NCBI GenBank assembly: GCA_028599125.1
Contig: JAQRMX010000028.1
Coordinates: forward strand, 3,898 to 67,897
From: Alphaproteobacteria bacterium
Lineage (GTDB): Bacteria; Pseudomonadota; Alphaproteobacteria; Rhizobiales; NORP267
Direction of reading: 5' to 3'
DNA: 64,000 nt
Part shown: positions 21,219 to 30,974 of the stretch, piece by piece
How the letters are laid out: the number at the start of each line of letters is the position of its first letter
Position numbering within the stretch: position 1 is the first letter of the stretch
Translations under genes and position numbers: made by a program
Notes under the pieces: model-generated
The model's database searches: none
What the model was told of the DNA's origin: nothing
What the model saw: the letters and a program-made list of their open reading frames with translations, nothing else

Positions 21219-23651
21219 TCATAAGATTCTGGCTCCACGCGTGGATGAGCGGCGGCCGGACCAACGTTTCAAAACTGTAGCAAGCTCATCTGAAACAAAC
21301 GGTTTCGAAAGAAAATCATCCATTCCAGCATGCAAACAGGCAATACGGTCAGCATCACACGCATAACCCAGCATAGCAATAACAGGAATGGAACCTGTAC
21401 CCTGACCTCCCGTTCCTGAACTCAGCGCCCTGATTTGACGTACCGTTTCCGGGCCATCCATCTCCGGCATATGGACATCCATCATTACCACATCAAAAGG
21501 GGACCCCTTTTCATCCTGATCCCGAAGGTGCCTCAAGGCTGCTTCACCCCCATAAACATGAACGACATCGTGTCCTTGTTGCCTCATCAACATACCCGCA
21601 AGGCGCGCGCAGACCTCATTGTCTTCTGCAAGAAGAACACGAAGACCCGACTGTTTTTTCTTGGTCGGAAGCAGACAGGGGACAGGAGTGCATGCTATTT
21701 TCTCTTCCCCATGATCAAGAATGTGGGAAAAAAGGGATGCCGGACGGACCGGCCGTACAATATAGGAATCAAAACCCAGATCACCCATACGGGATACTTG
21801 ATTACGCTCGTTAAGACGCAAAAGGGCAATTCGCTTCTTAACGGGGAAAAAAGAACAGGAAGACAAGAGCCCAGACACAGAATCCGCATAGGATAAATCC
21901 GACAGGATAACAGGCTGCTCTCCCTGATCTATGCCCTCAACAAGCCAAAACAACGATAAGCCCACATCATCAAATTGTTTCACAGAACCTCCGGCATCAC
22001 AGACAATATTCGCCAGACGTGGCCCTTCCATGACCGAATTCGATAAAAGCGCAACCCGATAACCGCGCAAGACCATATCAACAGAGACAACAGGTGCACC
22101 TGCATGCGCAAATGAAAGTTCAAAAGAGATTACATTTCCCTTCAGGGGAAAGCGTTCCAAGTGAACTAAACCTCCCATAAGCTCAACAAGGAGATGCGAG
22201 ATAACAAGGCGCAAATCAGAATGATTCTGCCCTCCCTCTAACAAAAAGTCAGAAAAATCAAAATTTTTCCTCGTATTTTCCAGAAAATCACTTGCGATCC
22301 CGAAACCCGTATCGCGAACAGAAAAACATAGCCGCAGCTGGCGGGTTGATGGATCCCAGTGCTCCTCGGCAAGCGATACATCAATCGCAAGCCCACCGCA
22401 CTCACAGGAGGCAAGCCTGTGCGCTGCAAAATCAAGAAGAATACGGCGCAAACATGATTCATCACCAAAAAGAAGACGCGGGACATCGGGATCAATCATA
22501 CTCCCAAGATCCAGACCCCGCTCTTCTGCCTGAGGCGCAAGTAGTTCAATAACCGTCTGAACCAGATCTCCAAGGTCAAAAACAACAGGATAAAATTCAA
22601 CAGCCCCTGAATCAAGCTTTAAAAAATCAAAACTTTCATTCATAAATGAAAGGAGAGACTCAGAAGACCGTTTCACCATAGACGCACAAGACCTCTGTTC
22701 TGATGTAAGAGGTGTATCAAGCAGAAACCCCGTTTTGCTCAGAATATTATTAAGGGCGGTCCTCACCTCCTCACTAAGAGCAAAAAGACACCCGGTGACG
22801 TGCGGACCCTCTCTGTTCCTGCCATCAACAGGCAAAACATCCGGCGCACGAATCTTTTCCCTCACATCATACCCGACACTCCGGATCTCAATCAGTTCAC
22901 CGGAGGCATCATAAAATGGAAAATCAAGCCAGGATACCCATCTCTCGCCAACAGAAAGAACCAAGTTCTGATCATAAACACCGGGACGAGGGACTATACG
23001 GCCTGCTGTAGTCCCACAGAATTCTCTCTCTGGATTGAGCAGTTTCGGGTGATAAAAAGACCCGACAAGCCGGGAGCGATTGCTCCCAAAAAAACGACAG
23101 GCCATATCATTCACAAAAATTATCTGGCCAAATACATTGCGGCACAAAAGCATACGGCCCTGACCGTCATCTACAGGAAGGGAACGCTCCTCACGGTCAT
23201 GAAGAGATTTATTCTCGGCTTCCAGATCCCTGATCCGCTGCTGTGCAATAGCAAAAATGCCAGAATGCTCAGCACACTCATAACGAAGTGAACGCCTCAT
23301 ACGAAAAAAGGAATAAGTCAAACCAAAAACAGAGAGCAGAGCACCTGTAAAGACAAACGCCGAAAAGGACCATAATAAAAGTAAAAACAAGGCAACAAAA
23401 AGAAAAGCCAAGAGGCCTGCGAATGAAGCAGGGGAAATCCTTTCAACAAAAAGCCAGTTCAGATAGGACTCTTCTTTCTCTTTTTTCCCCGGTACCAATG
23501 AAGAAAATTCGTTAGCGCACGCTTTACTATAAGACTCAAATACGCATGGTCGACCAAGATCAATGGCCATAAATGCCTCCCCCCCTTTTTCTTTTTCATG
23601 TCCTCCCTTTTGATATTCATCTGAAAAGCCAGACATCTGGCAAATCTTCAT
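21219..23651 (-). CDS. Membrane-bound hybrid sensor histidine-kinase-like protein with C-terminal receiver domain; the kinase core looks degenerate
   Basis: 810 aa with two hydrophobic helices (~aa 75-115) and a PAS-like region. The HisKA-like helix reads LSEEVRTALNNIL where SHE(L/I)RTPLN is expected. The HATPase region keeps DTGFGI, but the N-box and G2-box are degenerate. The receiver has LLAEDNE, MMDVHMPEMDG and SKPF. Confidence 0.8.
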   Translation of the reverse strand: MKICQMSGFSDEYQKGGHEKEKGGEAFMAIDLGRPCVFESYSKACANEFSSLVPGKKEKEESYLNWLFVERISPASFAGLLAFLFVALFLLLLWSFSAFVFTGALLSVFGLTYSFFRMRRSLRYECAEHSGIFAIAQQRIRDLEAENKSLHDREERSLPVDDGQGRMLLCRNVFGQIIFVNDMACRFFGSNRSRLVGSFYHPKLLNPEREFCGTTAGRIVPRPGVYDQNLVLSVGERWVSWLDFPFYDASGELIEIRSVGYDVREKIRAPDVLPVDGRNREGPHVTGCLFALSEEVRTALNNILSKTGFLLDTPLTSEQRSCASMVKRSSESLLSFMNESFDFLKLDSGAVEFYPVVFDLGDLVQTVIELLAPQAEERGLDLGSMIDPDVPRLLFGDESCLRRILLDFAAHRLASCECGGLAIDVSLAEEHWDPSTRQLRLCFSVRDTGFGIASDFLENTRKNFDFSDFLLEGGQNHSDLRLVISHLLVELMGGLVHLERFPLKGNVISFELSFAHAGAPVVSVDMVLRGYRVALLSNSVMEGPRLANIVCDAGGSVKQFDDVGLSLFWLVEGIDQGEQPVILSDLSYADSVSGLLSSCSFFPVKKRIALLRLNERNQVSRMGDLGFDSYIVRPVRPASLFSHILDHGEEKIACTPVPCLLPTKKKQSGLRVLLAEDNEVCARLAGMLMRQQGHDVVHVYGGEAALRHLRDQDEKGSPFDVVMMDVHMPEMDGPETVRQIRALSSGTGGQGTGSIPVIAMLGYACDADRIACLHAGMDDFLSKPFVSDELATVLKRWSGRRSSTRGARIL

Positions 23652-23763
23652 TCATCCGGAAAGAACAGCGCAATAAACGATTGCAGATATTCAATCTTCA
23701 AAATTCCTTTCCAAAATATTGACAAAAGAAAGAACGCCCCCCTTCACCGTAAATAAAAAACGG

Positions 23764-23781
23764 TCTCTGCGCGCATAGAGA
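23764..23781 (-). terminator. Possible intrinsic terminator after comM
   Basis: Minus strand reads TCTCT-ATGCGCGC-AGAGA followed by CCGTTTTTTATTT. The stem is only 5 bp, so support is weak. Confidence 0.3.
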
Positions 23782-23832
23782 GAAAAATGCAATCATGAGC
23801 TCAAATATGCGATAAAATGGAAAAACACCTCA

Positions 23833-25365
23833 TCAAATCCCGCTACCGCAAGGAGAGAGCAACCTGCGATAATGAAGGGCTTCAGCTAAATGACTCTTCA
23901 GGACAACCGGCTCTCCCTCAAGGTCAGCCAATGTCCGCGCGACCTTCAGGACACGATGGTACGCACGTGCGGAAAGATAAAGTTTGTCAAACGCCGCGCG
24001 CAAAAAATCCTGCCCCTCACTGTCAACAGAGGCGACTTCTTCAAGGACATTCCCTGGACAAAGAGCATTAACCCGGACCGTCTCCAAACCAAGAGCCGTA
24101 AACCGTTCAATTTGCCGCTTCCTTGCCGATGCAACACGTAAAGCAACCTCCGCACTCCCCTCTTCCGGAGCTGGTAGAAGCAAATCGGATGCACTCATTG
24201 CAGGAACAACAATCTGCAAATCAATCCGATCAAGAAACGGGCCGGAAAGGCGCGAAACATACTCCGTTACACAGCGGGAACCACGCATGCAGACATGGCC
24301 GGGCATCCCTGACATACCACAGCGGCATGGATTCATCGCCGCAACAAGCTGTACGCGGGCAGGATAGACAATGCGATGATTGACACGAGCAATAGCAACC
24401 TCGCCATTTTCAAGAGGCTGGCGAAGAGAATCAAGAACGTGAATCGGGAATTCCGGTAATTCATCCAGAAAAAGAACACCCAGATGCGCAAGAGAAACTT
24501 CTCCGGGACGGCCACGATGGCCGCCGCCAATCAAGGCACCCATACTACTTGAATGATGGGGGCTCCGGAAAGGACGACGGTCAGAGAGACATTGCTGATC
24601 CAGATGACCTGCCAAAGAATGGATCATGCTCACTTCCAACATTTCCGGAGGAGACAAGGGAGGTAAAATCGACAGTAAGCGCATCGCTAACATGGATTTT
24701 CCAGATCCAGGCGGGCCAATCATTAAAAGATTATGCCCACCAGCCGCAGCAACTTCCAATGCATGCTTTGCACTTTCCTGTCCTTTAACATCCCGCAAAT
24801 CCAGCAAGGATCTTTCAACGCGCATGGGAGACATTAAGGGGCGTGAGAGAACCTGAGTTCCGGAAAAATGATTAACAAGGGCAACAAGATTCCGTGGGGC
24901 AAGAATAGACATATTCGGATCCGCCCACGCCGCTTCCGGACCACAATCAGCAGGACAAATCAACCCGGAATTCCGCGCATTGGCATCAATTGCTGCCGGT
25001 AAAGCTCCTGCTACACGCGATATTGAGCCATCAAGCGCTAATTCACCGAGGACTATGAAGCCGTCCAGTGCATCTTGGGGGATCACCCCCATTGACACCA
25101 TCAGGGCCAGAGCAATGGGAAGGTCATAATGAGTGCCTTCCTTGGGAAGATCCGCGGGTGCCAGATTAATTGTCACACGCTTTGATGGACAAGACAGACC
25201 AATCGCGTTCAATGCCGATCTGATCCGCTCCCGGCTTTCCACAACAGCTTTATCCGCAAGACCAACAATCGTAAAGGCAGGCAACCCAGGTAAAATACGC
25301 ACTTGAACTTCAACCTGGCAGGGTTTAACCCCAACAAACGCAACCGTTGAAACCCTTGCTATCAT
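23833..25365 (-). CDS. comM: YifB/ComM-family Mg-chelatase-like AAA+ ATPase
   Basis: 510-aa ORF with an N-terminal Lon-protease-like segment (FTIVGLADKAVVESRERI) and Walker A IGPPGSGKSMLA. Confidence 0.9.
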   Translation of the reverse strand: MIARVSTVAFVGVKPCQVEVQVRILPGLPAFTIVGLADKAVVESRERIRSALNAIGLSCPSKRVTINLAPADLPKEGTHYDLPIALALMVSMGVIPQDALDGFIVLGELALDGSISRVAGALPAAIDANARNSGLICPADCGPEAAWADPNMSILAPRNLVALVNHFSGTQVLSRPLMSPMRVERSLLDLRDVKGQESAKHALEVAAAGGHNLLMIGPPGSGKSMLAMRLLSILPPLSPPEMLEVSMIHSLAGHLDQQCLSDRRPFRSPHHSSSMGALIGGGHRGRPGEVSLAHLGVLFLDELPEFPIHVLDSLRQPLENGEVAIARVNHRIVYPARVQLVAAMNPCRCGMSGMPGHVCMRGSRCVTEYVSRLSGPFLDRIDLQIVVPAMSASDLLLPAPEEGSAEVALRVASARKRQIERFTALGLETVRVNALCPGNVLEEVASVDSEGQDFLRAAFDKLYLSARAYHRVLKVARTLADLEGEPVVLKSHLAEALHYRRLLSPCGSGI

Positions 25366-25433
25366 ACGAGCCCCCCGTGCCCTGACGCCGATAACAAAAC
25401 AGAAAAACTACGACGTTAAATAAAGAGTGCAAT

Positions 25434-25466
25434 GGAACCACAAAGGAAACACAAAGGAAACACAAA
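25434..25466. repeat. 11-bp tandem repeat, 3 copies (ggaaccacaaa ggaaacacaaa ggaaacacaaa)
   Basis: Read directly in the comM/gshB intergenic region. Confidence 0.9.
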
Positions 25467-25701
25467 TAAAAAGAAGTTAAATATGATTAAGACATTAAAT
25501 AAAAACAAAAAATGTGCACAATACAAACAATACATGACATTTTCATAATATAGGGAGAAATAAAAAAGCCTTTCACTGAGCAAAGACGCATCTTATGTAA
25601 ACTTATAAAAAGGGGTGATTTATTGAAATAAGGGCGATCTATAAAGAAAAACTCTAAATTCATGAGAGAGGTAAAATAGTAAAGCAGAAAAAAGACGCGC
25701 C

Positions 25702-26655
25702 TTACCGTACGCTCTGAAGGCGTAATTCAATTACATCCCAGAACAAGGAAGAGATATCAGGACCTCCACAGTTCAGAATCTCCCGTATCCCACCGGGAGA
25801 CGTCACATTCACTTCCGTCAGGTAATCACCAATCACATCAATGCCTACAAGAATCAAACCCTGTTCCTTGAGAAAAGGACCCAGACGATCACAAATCTCA
25901 AAATCACGCGCCGAAGGTACCGCAGCCTCTGCGCGCCCCCCCGCATGCATGTTGGAGCGGATATCGGAGGAGGATGGAACACGATTCATCATTCCGGCAA
26001 AAACACCGTCAATTAGGATAATTCGTTTATCACCTTCCAAAACTGCAGGAAGATATTCCTGAACAACAAAAGCATCCTTAAAAACATCGCAAAATAACTC
26101 CAGAAAGGCCGCTATATTCTTATCATCAGGCTTGACACGGAATACCCCCCTCCCGCCGTTTCCATAAAGGGGCTTCAAAACAATATCATTGTGCTTCAAA
26201 CGAAAGTCCCGAACAGATTCGGGATCTCGGGTGATTAAAGTAGCGGGCATCAGATCACTGAAAGTCCTGACAAAAAGCTTCTCTGGTGCGTTACGAACAT
26301 GAACAGGTTCGTTAATCACAAGGATACCGGGAGAAAGCCATTCCAGAATATAGGTGGTCGTAATATAGCTCATGTCAAAAGGAGGGTCCTGACGGAGAAG
26401 AATCGCATCAACCTCTCCCAAATCCTGCTGCCGTAGCTCACCTGCAGAAAAATGGCTTCCGACTTTATCGTAAAGCACAACGTCCCGCCCCCGCGCGACA
26501 ACACGCTCTCCTTCCCACAACGATAGGGCTGACGGTAGGTAATGAAAAAAGGAGTGAGAACGCTTTTGCCCCTCAAGCATCAGGGCAAAAGTAGTATCTT
26601 CAGCAATATTGATTCCTTCCAGAGGATCCATTTGAACAGCCACACGTAAGCCCAT
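25702..26655 (-). CDS. gshB: Glutathione synthetase
   Basis: ORF 25702..26682. The likely start is MGLRVAVQMDPLEGINI, which parallels the E. coli GshB N-terminus. The ATP-grasp segment KPLYGNGGRGVF is present. Confidence 0.93.
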   Translation of the reverse strand: MGLRVAVQMDPLEGINIAEDTTFALMLEGQKRSHSFFHYLPSALSLWEGERVVARGRDVVLYDKVGSHFSAGELRQQDLGEVDAILLRQDPPFDMSYITTTYILEWLSPGILVINEPVHVRNAPEKLFVRTFSDLMPATLITRDPESVRDFRLKHNDIVLKPLYGNGGRGVFRVKPDDKNIAAFLELFCDVFKDAFVVQEYLPAVLEGDKRIILIDGVFAGMMNRVPSSSDIRSNMHAGGRAEAAVPSARDFEICDRLGPFLKEQGLILVGIDVIGDYLTEVNVTSPGGIREILNCGGPDISSLFWDVIELRLQSVR

Positions 26656-26987
26656 GAAACCGCCTCCCCTACACTCAAGCACACCGTCCCCGACGCGCTA
26701 ATCATACGCTCATTCGGAAGAAACAAATGACAGAAAAAAACCTCTCATAGTCAAAACAGAAAAGAGAAACACATAAGGCAGACAAAAAGAAGACTAGGGG
26801 CCCTCCGAACCTTTTTGCTATCTGTTAAAAAACCTCAACGGTAACAGGCCCGATATCCATACGGTTCCTTCTTCACTTTATGGGGAATAGATTATGATGA
26901 ATAGAAAAACCGGAACCTTTCTCCAGAATGAGATGATGGTAATCGGAAATTTCAAATCAATCAACGGTTCTCATAAATCCTTAACCG

Positions 26988-27029
26988 AATCTATACCTTA
27001 AAATAATCTATACCTTAAAATAATCTATA
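26988..27029. repeat. 17-bp tandem repeat, ~2.5 copies (aatctataccttaaaat)
   Basis: Perfect copies at 26988-27004 and 27005-27021, plus a partial copy at 27022-27029. It lies in the 490-bp gshB/yraN intergenic region. Confidence 0.9.
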
Positions 27030-27144
27030 ATGATCCTGTTTTCTCTTTGAGAGTAATTCTACTTATGAGGGAGTATTTCAAGGAGACAACCATAGGTTTA
27101 ACTGTGTGCCCCTATAAACCACAACAAAAAATATATCATCGCTA

Positions 27145-27582
27145 CTATAAAATCTCAGAAAACTCAAAACATCTCCCATAAACAAAAAAATGATACAAAG
27201 GATAAACAACAACCAAATTCAGACTCGCACTCCAGCATGGTGGAAGCTGCCCCTTTCTAGCTTCTTTCTGTAACCAGACAGATGCCGCATTACGAATACG
27301 CCGCACCTGAAAAGAAGACAAGACTTCTCCCCCTTCCGCAGGCCCCGAACGCCCCTTCACTTCAAAAAAAGAAAAATGTGTACCCCGACGCACGATCAGA
27401 TCAATTTCACCAAGAGATGTACGAAAACGACGGCCCAGAATCCTGTAACCCCGACAAAACAAAATAAAGCTAACCATCCCCTCCGCACGAAGACCTAGAC
27501 GATAAGCCCTTCTTTTTCTCTCCCGCTGATCTTCTTTTCTTTCTTTCATTACACTTTCAACATGATACAGCCCCCTTATCAA
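27145..27582 (-). CDS. yraN: YraN-family (UPF0102) endonuclease-like protein; start uncertain (alternative Met at 27549)
   Basis: Contains the segment GEIDLIVRRGTHFSFFEVKGR typical of YraN/UPF0102. It neighbours gshB and the LpoA-like gene. Confidence 0.8.
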   Translation of the reverse strand: MIRGLYHVESVMKERKEDQRERKRRAYRLGLRAEGMVSFILFCRGYRILGRRFRTSLGEIDLIVRRGTHFSFFEVKGRSGPAEGGEVLSSFQVRRIRNAASVWLQKEARKGQLPPCWSASLNLVVVYPLYHFFVYGRCFEFSEIL

Positions 27583-27655
27583 ACCGCCCCTGCCATATTA
27601 TCGCAAGTGGGAAACACTAAGAAATAGGGATAAACAGAAAATACAACAGATAAAA

Positions 27656-27715
27656 CAAATAAAATTTCATATAGCAATCATTAGGCAAATAAAATTTCAT
27701 ATAGCAATCATTAGG
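27656..27715. repeat. Perfect 30-bp tandem duplication (caaataaaatttcatatagcaatcattagg x2)
   Basis: Copies at 27656-27685 and 27686-27715 are identical. They sit in the divergent yraN / LpoA-like intergenic region. Confidence 0.95.
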
Positions 27716-27874
27716 ATTGAACGATATAAAGCTAGAAAAAAGGTTCGGCAGGGGCATGATTGAAAGCAATGCGGGTAAAAAAGCATATAGCGCAGAGTAG
27801 GAATGAGGAGAACGAGACTTTGACTTCCGAGAGAACCAATCACGATAAATTCACCAAGCAAGGAAAGAGACAAA

Positions 27875-29155
27875 GTGCAGGACACAAAAACGAAGTCTCC
27901 CGGAAGCAGAAAACAAAACCGACGACACCTCAGTGATTGGCTGAAAAGGCTCGCTCTTATCCCCGCTTTTCTGATATTAACGGCCTGCGTTCCCGGTATC
28001 CGGCAAAACTATCCCACTTACCCTGTTATCCCGCAAACAGTCAGGTCCGAAATTGGCACCGGATCCGTCAAAGTTGCCCTTCTCCTTCCCTTCACAGGGC
28101 ATGGTGACAGCCAAGAGATTGCAGTCACTATGTCACAAGCCGCAAAAATGGCCATCAGTGAGCTGCCGGATTCCAATATCAAACTTATCCTCAAAGACAC
28201 AAAGGGAACCGCAAAAGGAGCGGCGGCTGCCGCCAGAGAGGCCATTGCTGCAAGAGTCGAAGTGATCCTCGGCCCCCTCTTTTCTCCTTCTGTTGTTGCT
28301 GTTGGAACCATTGCCAGACGTGCAAAAATACCAGTTATCGCATTTTCCACAGATGCAAATGCCGGAAGCCCCGGTGTCTACCTCCTGAGTTTTCTTCCGC
28401 AGGAAAATATCTCCCAGATCGTTTCATACACGGCTGAAAAACGCAAAATGACGTTCGCGGCTCTTATACCGGAAACAATTTATGGCACTCTTGCCGAATC
28501 CGCCTTTTTGCAGGCCGCAGCGGCAAAGCGCGCGTCCATCGCTGGAATCATCAGATATACATATGAACCCAAAGAAATGATGCAGGCCGTTGCCGCATTA
28601 TCCAAGATTGTAAAAACACAGAATGTTGATGCCATTCTCCTCCCGGACAGCCCGAAAATGCTATTACAACTCTCCCCTTATCTGGCCGGTCATGAGCTCA
28701 CAAACGGAAAAATAAGATTTCTGCTTTCAGGGCAGTGGGATGATCCTTTTATAAAGCATAATTCCCTCCTTATCGGCAGTTGGTACGCCGCTCCACGAAA
28801 AGAATACTGGGAAAATTTCACCTTCCGCTACAAAGCAAATTTCGGTGTGAAACCAGTCTGGCGGATTGCGACACTCGCCTATGATGCCATTAGCCTTACC
28901 ATCGCTCTCGCCCGCTACCCTCAGGGAGAACGTTTTAACAAGGAAACGCTCACAAATCCGGGAGGGTTCAGGGGGCTGGATGGTATTTTTCGCTTTACAG
29001 AAAGCGGCCTCACGGAACGACGTCTGGATATACTGGAGATACAACAAAATGGGAGAACACAGGTCATCATGGCTGCCCCCGCCCAGTTCATGGGAACCAG
29101 TGCAGCCCAGAAAAGACGGATGCTTCTATCCAGAACACCCGCCCCTAATCAATAA
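27875..29155 (+). CDS. Periplasmic-binding-protein type-1 lipoprotein (LpoA/LppC-like penicillin-binding-protein activator or Leu/Ile/Val-binding family)
   Basis: 426 aa with a GTG start. It has a signal peptide with lipobox FLILTAC. The PBP1-like core reads VKVALLLPFTG...ILGPLFSPSVVAV...IPVIAFS. Confidence 0.7.
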   Translation: MQDTKTKSPGSRKQNRRHLSDWLKRLALIPAFLILTACVPGIRQNYPTYPVIPQTVRSEIGTGSVKVALLLPFTGHGDSQEIAVTMSQAAKMAISELPDSNIKLILKDTKGTAKGAAAAAREAIAARVEVILGPLFSPSVVAVGTIARRAKIPVIAFSTDANAGSPGVYLLSFLPQENISQIVSYTAEKRKMTFAALIPETIYGTLAESAFLQAAAAKRASIAGIIRYTYEPKEMMQAVAALSKIVKTQNVDAILLPDSPKMLLQLSPYLAGHELTNGKIRFLLSGQWDDPFIKHNSLLIGSWYAAPRKEYWENFTFRYKANFGVKPVWRIATLAYDAISLTIALARYPQGERFNKETLTNPGGFRGLDGIFRFTESGLTERRLDILEIQQNGRTQVIMAAPAQFMGTSAAQKRRMLLSRTPAPNQ

Positions 29156-30308
29156 GTTCAACTATAAGACGATTAAGGACTGCGCGGCCCTCTACCGTTA
29201 CTGCCAAACGCCCATCCTTGTGGCGCGTAATAAAACCAAGCGCTTCCAATGACGCGATGCGCTCCGGGTTCAGGTTTGTCCCGGAAAGTCGGCGATACCG
29301 ATCAAGATCAATCCCTTCAACAAGACGAAGACCCATGAGAAGAAATTCCGCCCCCGACTCCGCAGGGGAAAGAGGTACGTCCTGCTCAAGACCTATTCCA
29401 TTCTTTTCCACCATGGAAAGCCAGGTTTCCGGCAAACGAAAAGCAGATGCCGCATAGCGCACACTCTTCTCGAAAAAACGACCATGCGCCCCGGCACCAA
29501 CGCCAATATAATCCCCGTAACGCCAATAAATGAGGTTATGGCGAGATTCCGAACCAGGACGGGCATGATTGGAAATCTCATAAGCCGGTAACCCAGCCGC
29601 TAGACATAAATCCTGCGTTAAGTCAAAGAGCGTACGGCCCCTTTCCTCCAGAGGCATAACAAGGCGCCCGGAACGTTCAAGAGAATAAAAAGCGGTTCCC
29701 GGTTCAATCGTCAATTGGTAAAGAGAGAGATGATCAGCAGCCAAAGATAACGCCAGAGAAAGTTCTTCACGCCATTCATCTTCTCCCTGATCAGGATGGG
29801 TGTAGATAAGATCAAAAGACAACCGCGGAAAAACAAGACGCGCTAGTTCCATAGATCGGAGCGCTTCGGCAGCATCATGCTGACGACCTAATGTCCTGAG
29901 CGTCGCATCCCTGAGTGACTGGACACCTAGGGAAAGACGATTGACCCCGGCACTACGGTAGCCCGCAAAACGAAGCGAATCCGAACTTGTCGGATTTGCT
30001 TCCAGAGTAATTTCAACATTCTCATCTATTGACCAGTGGCATGAAATTGCTTCCAGAATTTTAGAAACCACACGCGGATCCATTAAAGATGGTGTACCGC
30101 CTCCAAAAAAAATACTTTCCAGACGCCTTCCAGATCCGGATGTGCGTACCGCATAGTAATCCAGTTCACGAATCAGTGCCGCTGCATAACGGAATTGATC
30201 CACCTCTTTATGCCGAACATGAGAATTGAAATCACAATAGGGACATTTGGAGGCACAAAAAGGCCAATGTACATAAATACCAAAATTACCACGTAGCTCC
30301 ACAGTCAT
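29145..30308 (-). CDS. hemW: Radical-SAM heme chaperone HemW (HemN-like, oxygen-independent coproporphyrinogen oxidase family)
   Basis: 387 aa with the radical-SAM motif HWPFCASKCPYCDF. It lies upstream of rdgB-rph, as is common. Confidence 0.9.
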   Translation of the reverse strand: MTVELRGNFGIYVHWPFCASKCPYCDFNSHVRHKEVDQFRYAAALIRELDYYAVRTSGSGRRLESIFFGGGTPSLMDPRVVSKILEAISCHWSIDENVEITLEANPTSSDSLRFAGYRSAGVNRLSLGVQSLRDATLRTLGRQHDAAEALRSMELARLVFPRLSFDLIYTHPDQGEDEWREELSLALSLAADHLSLYQLTIEPGTAFYSLERSGRLVMPLEERGRTLFDLTQDLCLAAGLPAYEISNHARPGSESRHNLIYWRYGDYIGVGAGAHGRFFEKSVRYAASAFRLPETWLSMVEKNGIGLEQDVPLSPAESGAEFLLMGLRLVEGIDLDRYRRLSGTNLNPERIASLEALGFITRHKDGRLAVTVEGRAVLNRLIVELID

Positions 30309-30314
30309 GGGAGG

Positions 30315-30974
30315 CTATAATTCCTGTGACCGCAAGGCACGATCCCACAAGGCAGCGAAAGCCCGCGCCCGATGAGAAAGGCCGTCTCCTTTTCCTGGAG
30401 CCCAGGAATGTTTTTCTTCTGCACTCATTTCACCGAAGCTGCGCTCATAGCCCTTGGGACGGAAACAGGCATCATAGCCAAAACCCTCGTCTCCCTGCGG
30501 AGGAAAGATGATCTCACCTTCGACCTCCCCTGAAAAATGCTGCAGATGGCCATCAGGCCAGGCCAGTGATAGAACAGAAACGAAACGCGCCCCACGCGCG
30601 GCAGGCCCAAGCGCCCCCACCTGACGCAAAGCAGTATCAACACGCGCCATGGCTTTTGCAAAATCACGTTCTTCACCTGCCCATTCAGCTGTATAAATAC
30701 CGGGCGCACCGAACAGGGCATCAACACATAAACCAGAATCATCCGCCAGGGCAACACAATTGGTCGCCCTGGCGGCAGAAAGAGCTTTAATCGATGAATT
30801 CTCAGCAAAAGTCGTTCCATTTTCTACAGGAACAGGCAGACCAAGGTCTCGGGCTGATAAACAGGAAATACCAAGCGGTTCCAAAAGCAAACCAAGCTCC
30901 CGCTGCTTGCCCTCATTATGGGTCGCAAGCACAAGACGTCCGCCGATAAGATGAGAGACAGAAGAGGATATCAC
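30315..30974 (-). CDS. rdgB: dITP/XTP pyrophosphatase RdgB
   Basis: 219 aa with motifs [14 protein letters not shown] and GFGYDACF. It overlaps rph by 4 nt. Confidence 0.92.
   Translation of the reverse strand: MISSSVSHLIGGRLVLATHNEGKQRELGLLLEPLGISCLSARDLGLPVPVENGTTFAENSSIKALSAARATNCVALADDSGLCVDALFGAPGIYTAEWAGEERDFAKAMARVDTALRQVGALGPAARGARFVSVLSLAWPDGHLQHFSGEVEGEIIFPPQGDEGFGYDACFRPKGYERSFGEMSAEEKHSWAPGKGDGLSHRARAFAALWDRALRSQEL

Noticed and set aside
21219-23651. Assigning the hybrid kinase to a named family (CckA, DivL, PdhS)
   Set aside because: The H-box context (SEEVRTALN) does not resemble the CckA-type box I recall. Domain order alone is insufficient, and no search is possible, so it is left unnamed.
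27656-27715. Possibility that the 30-bp direct repeats (and other tandem arrays) are a CRISPR remnant
   Set aside because: The copies are directly adjacent with no spacers, there are only 2-3 of them, and no cas genes are present. They are simple tandem duplications.
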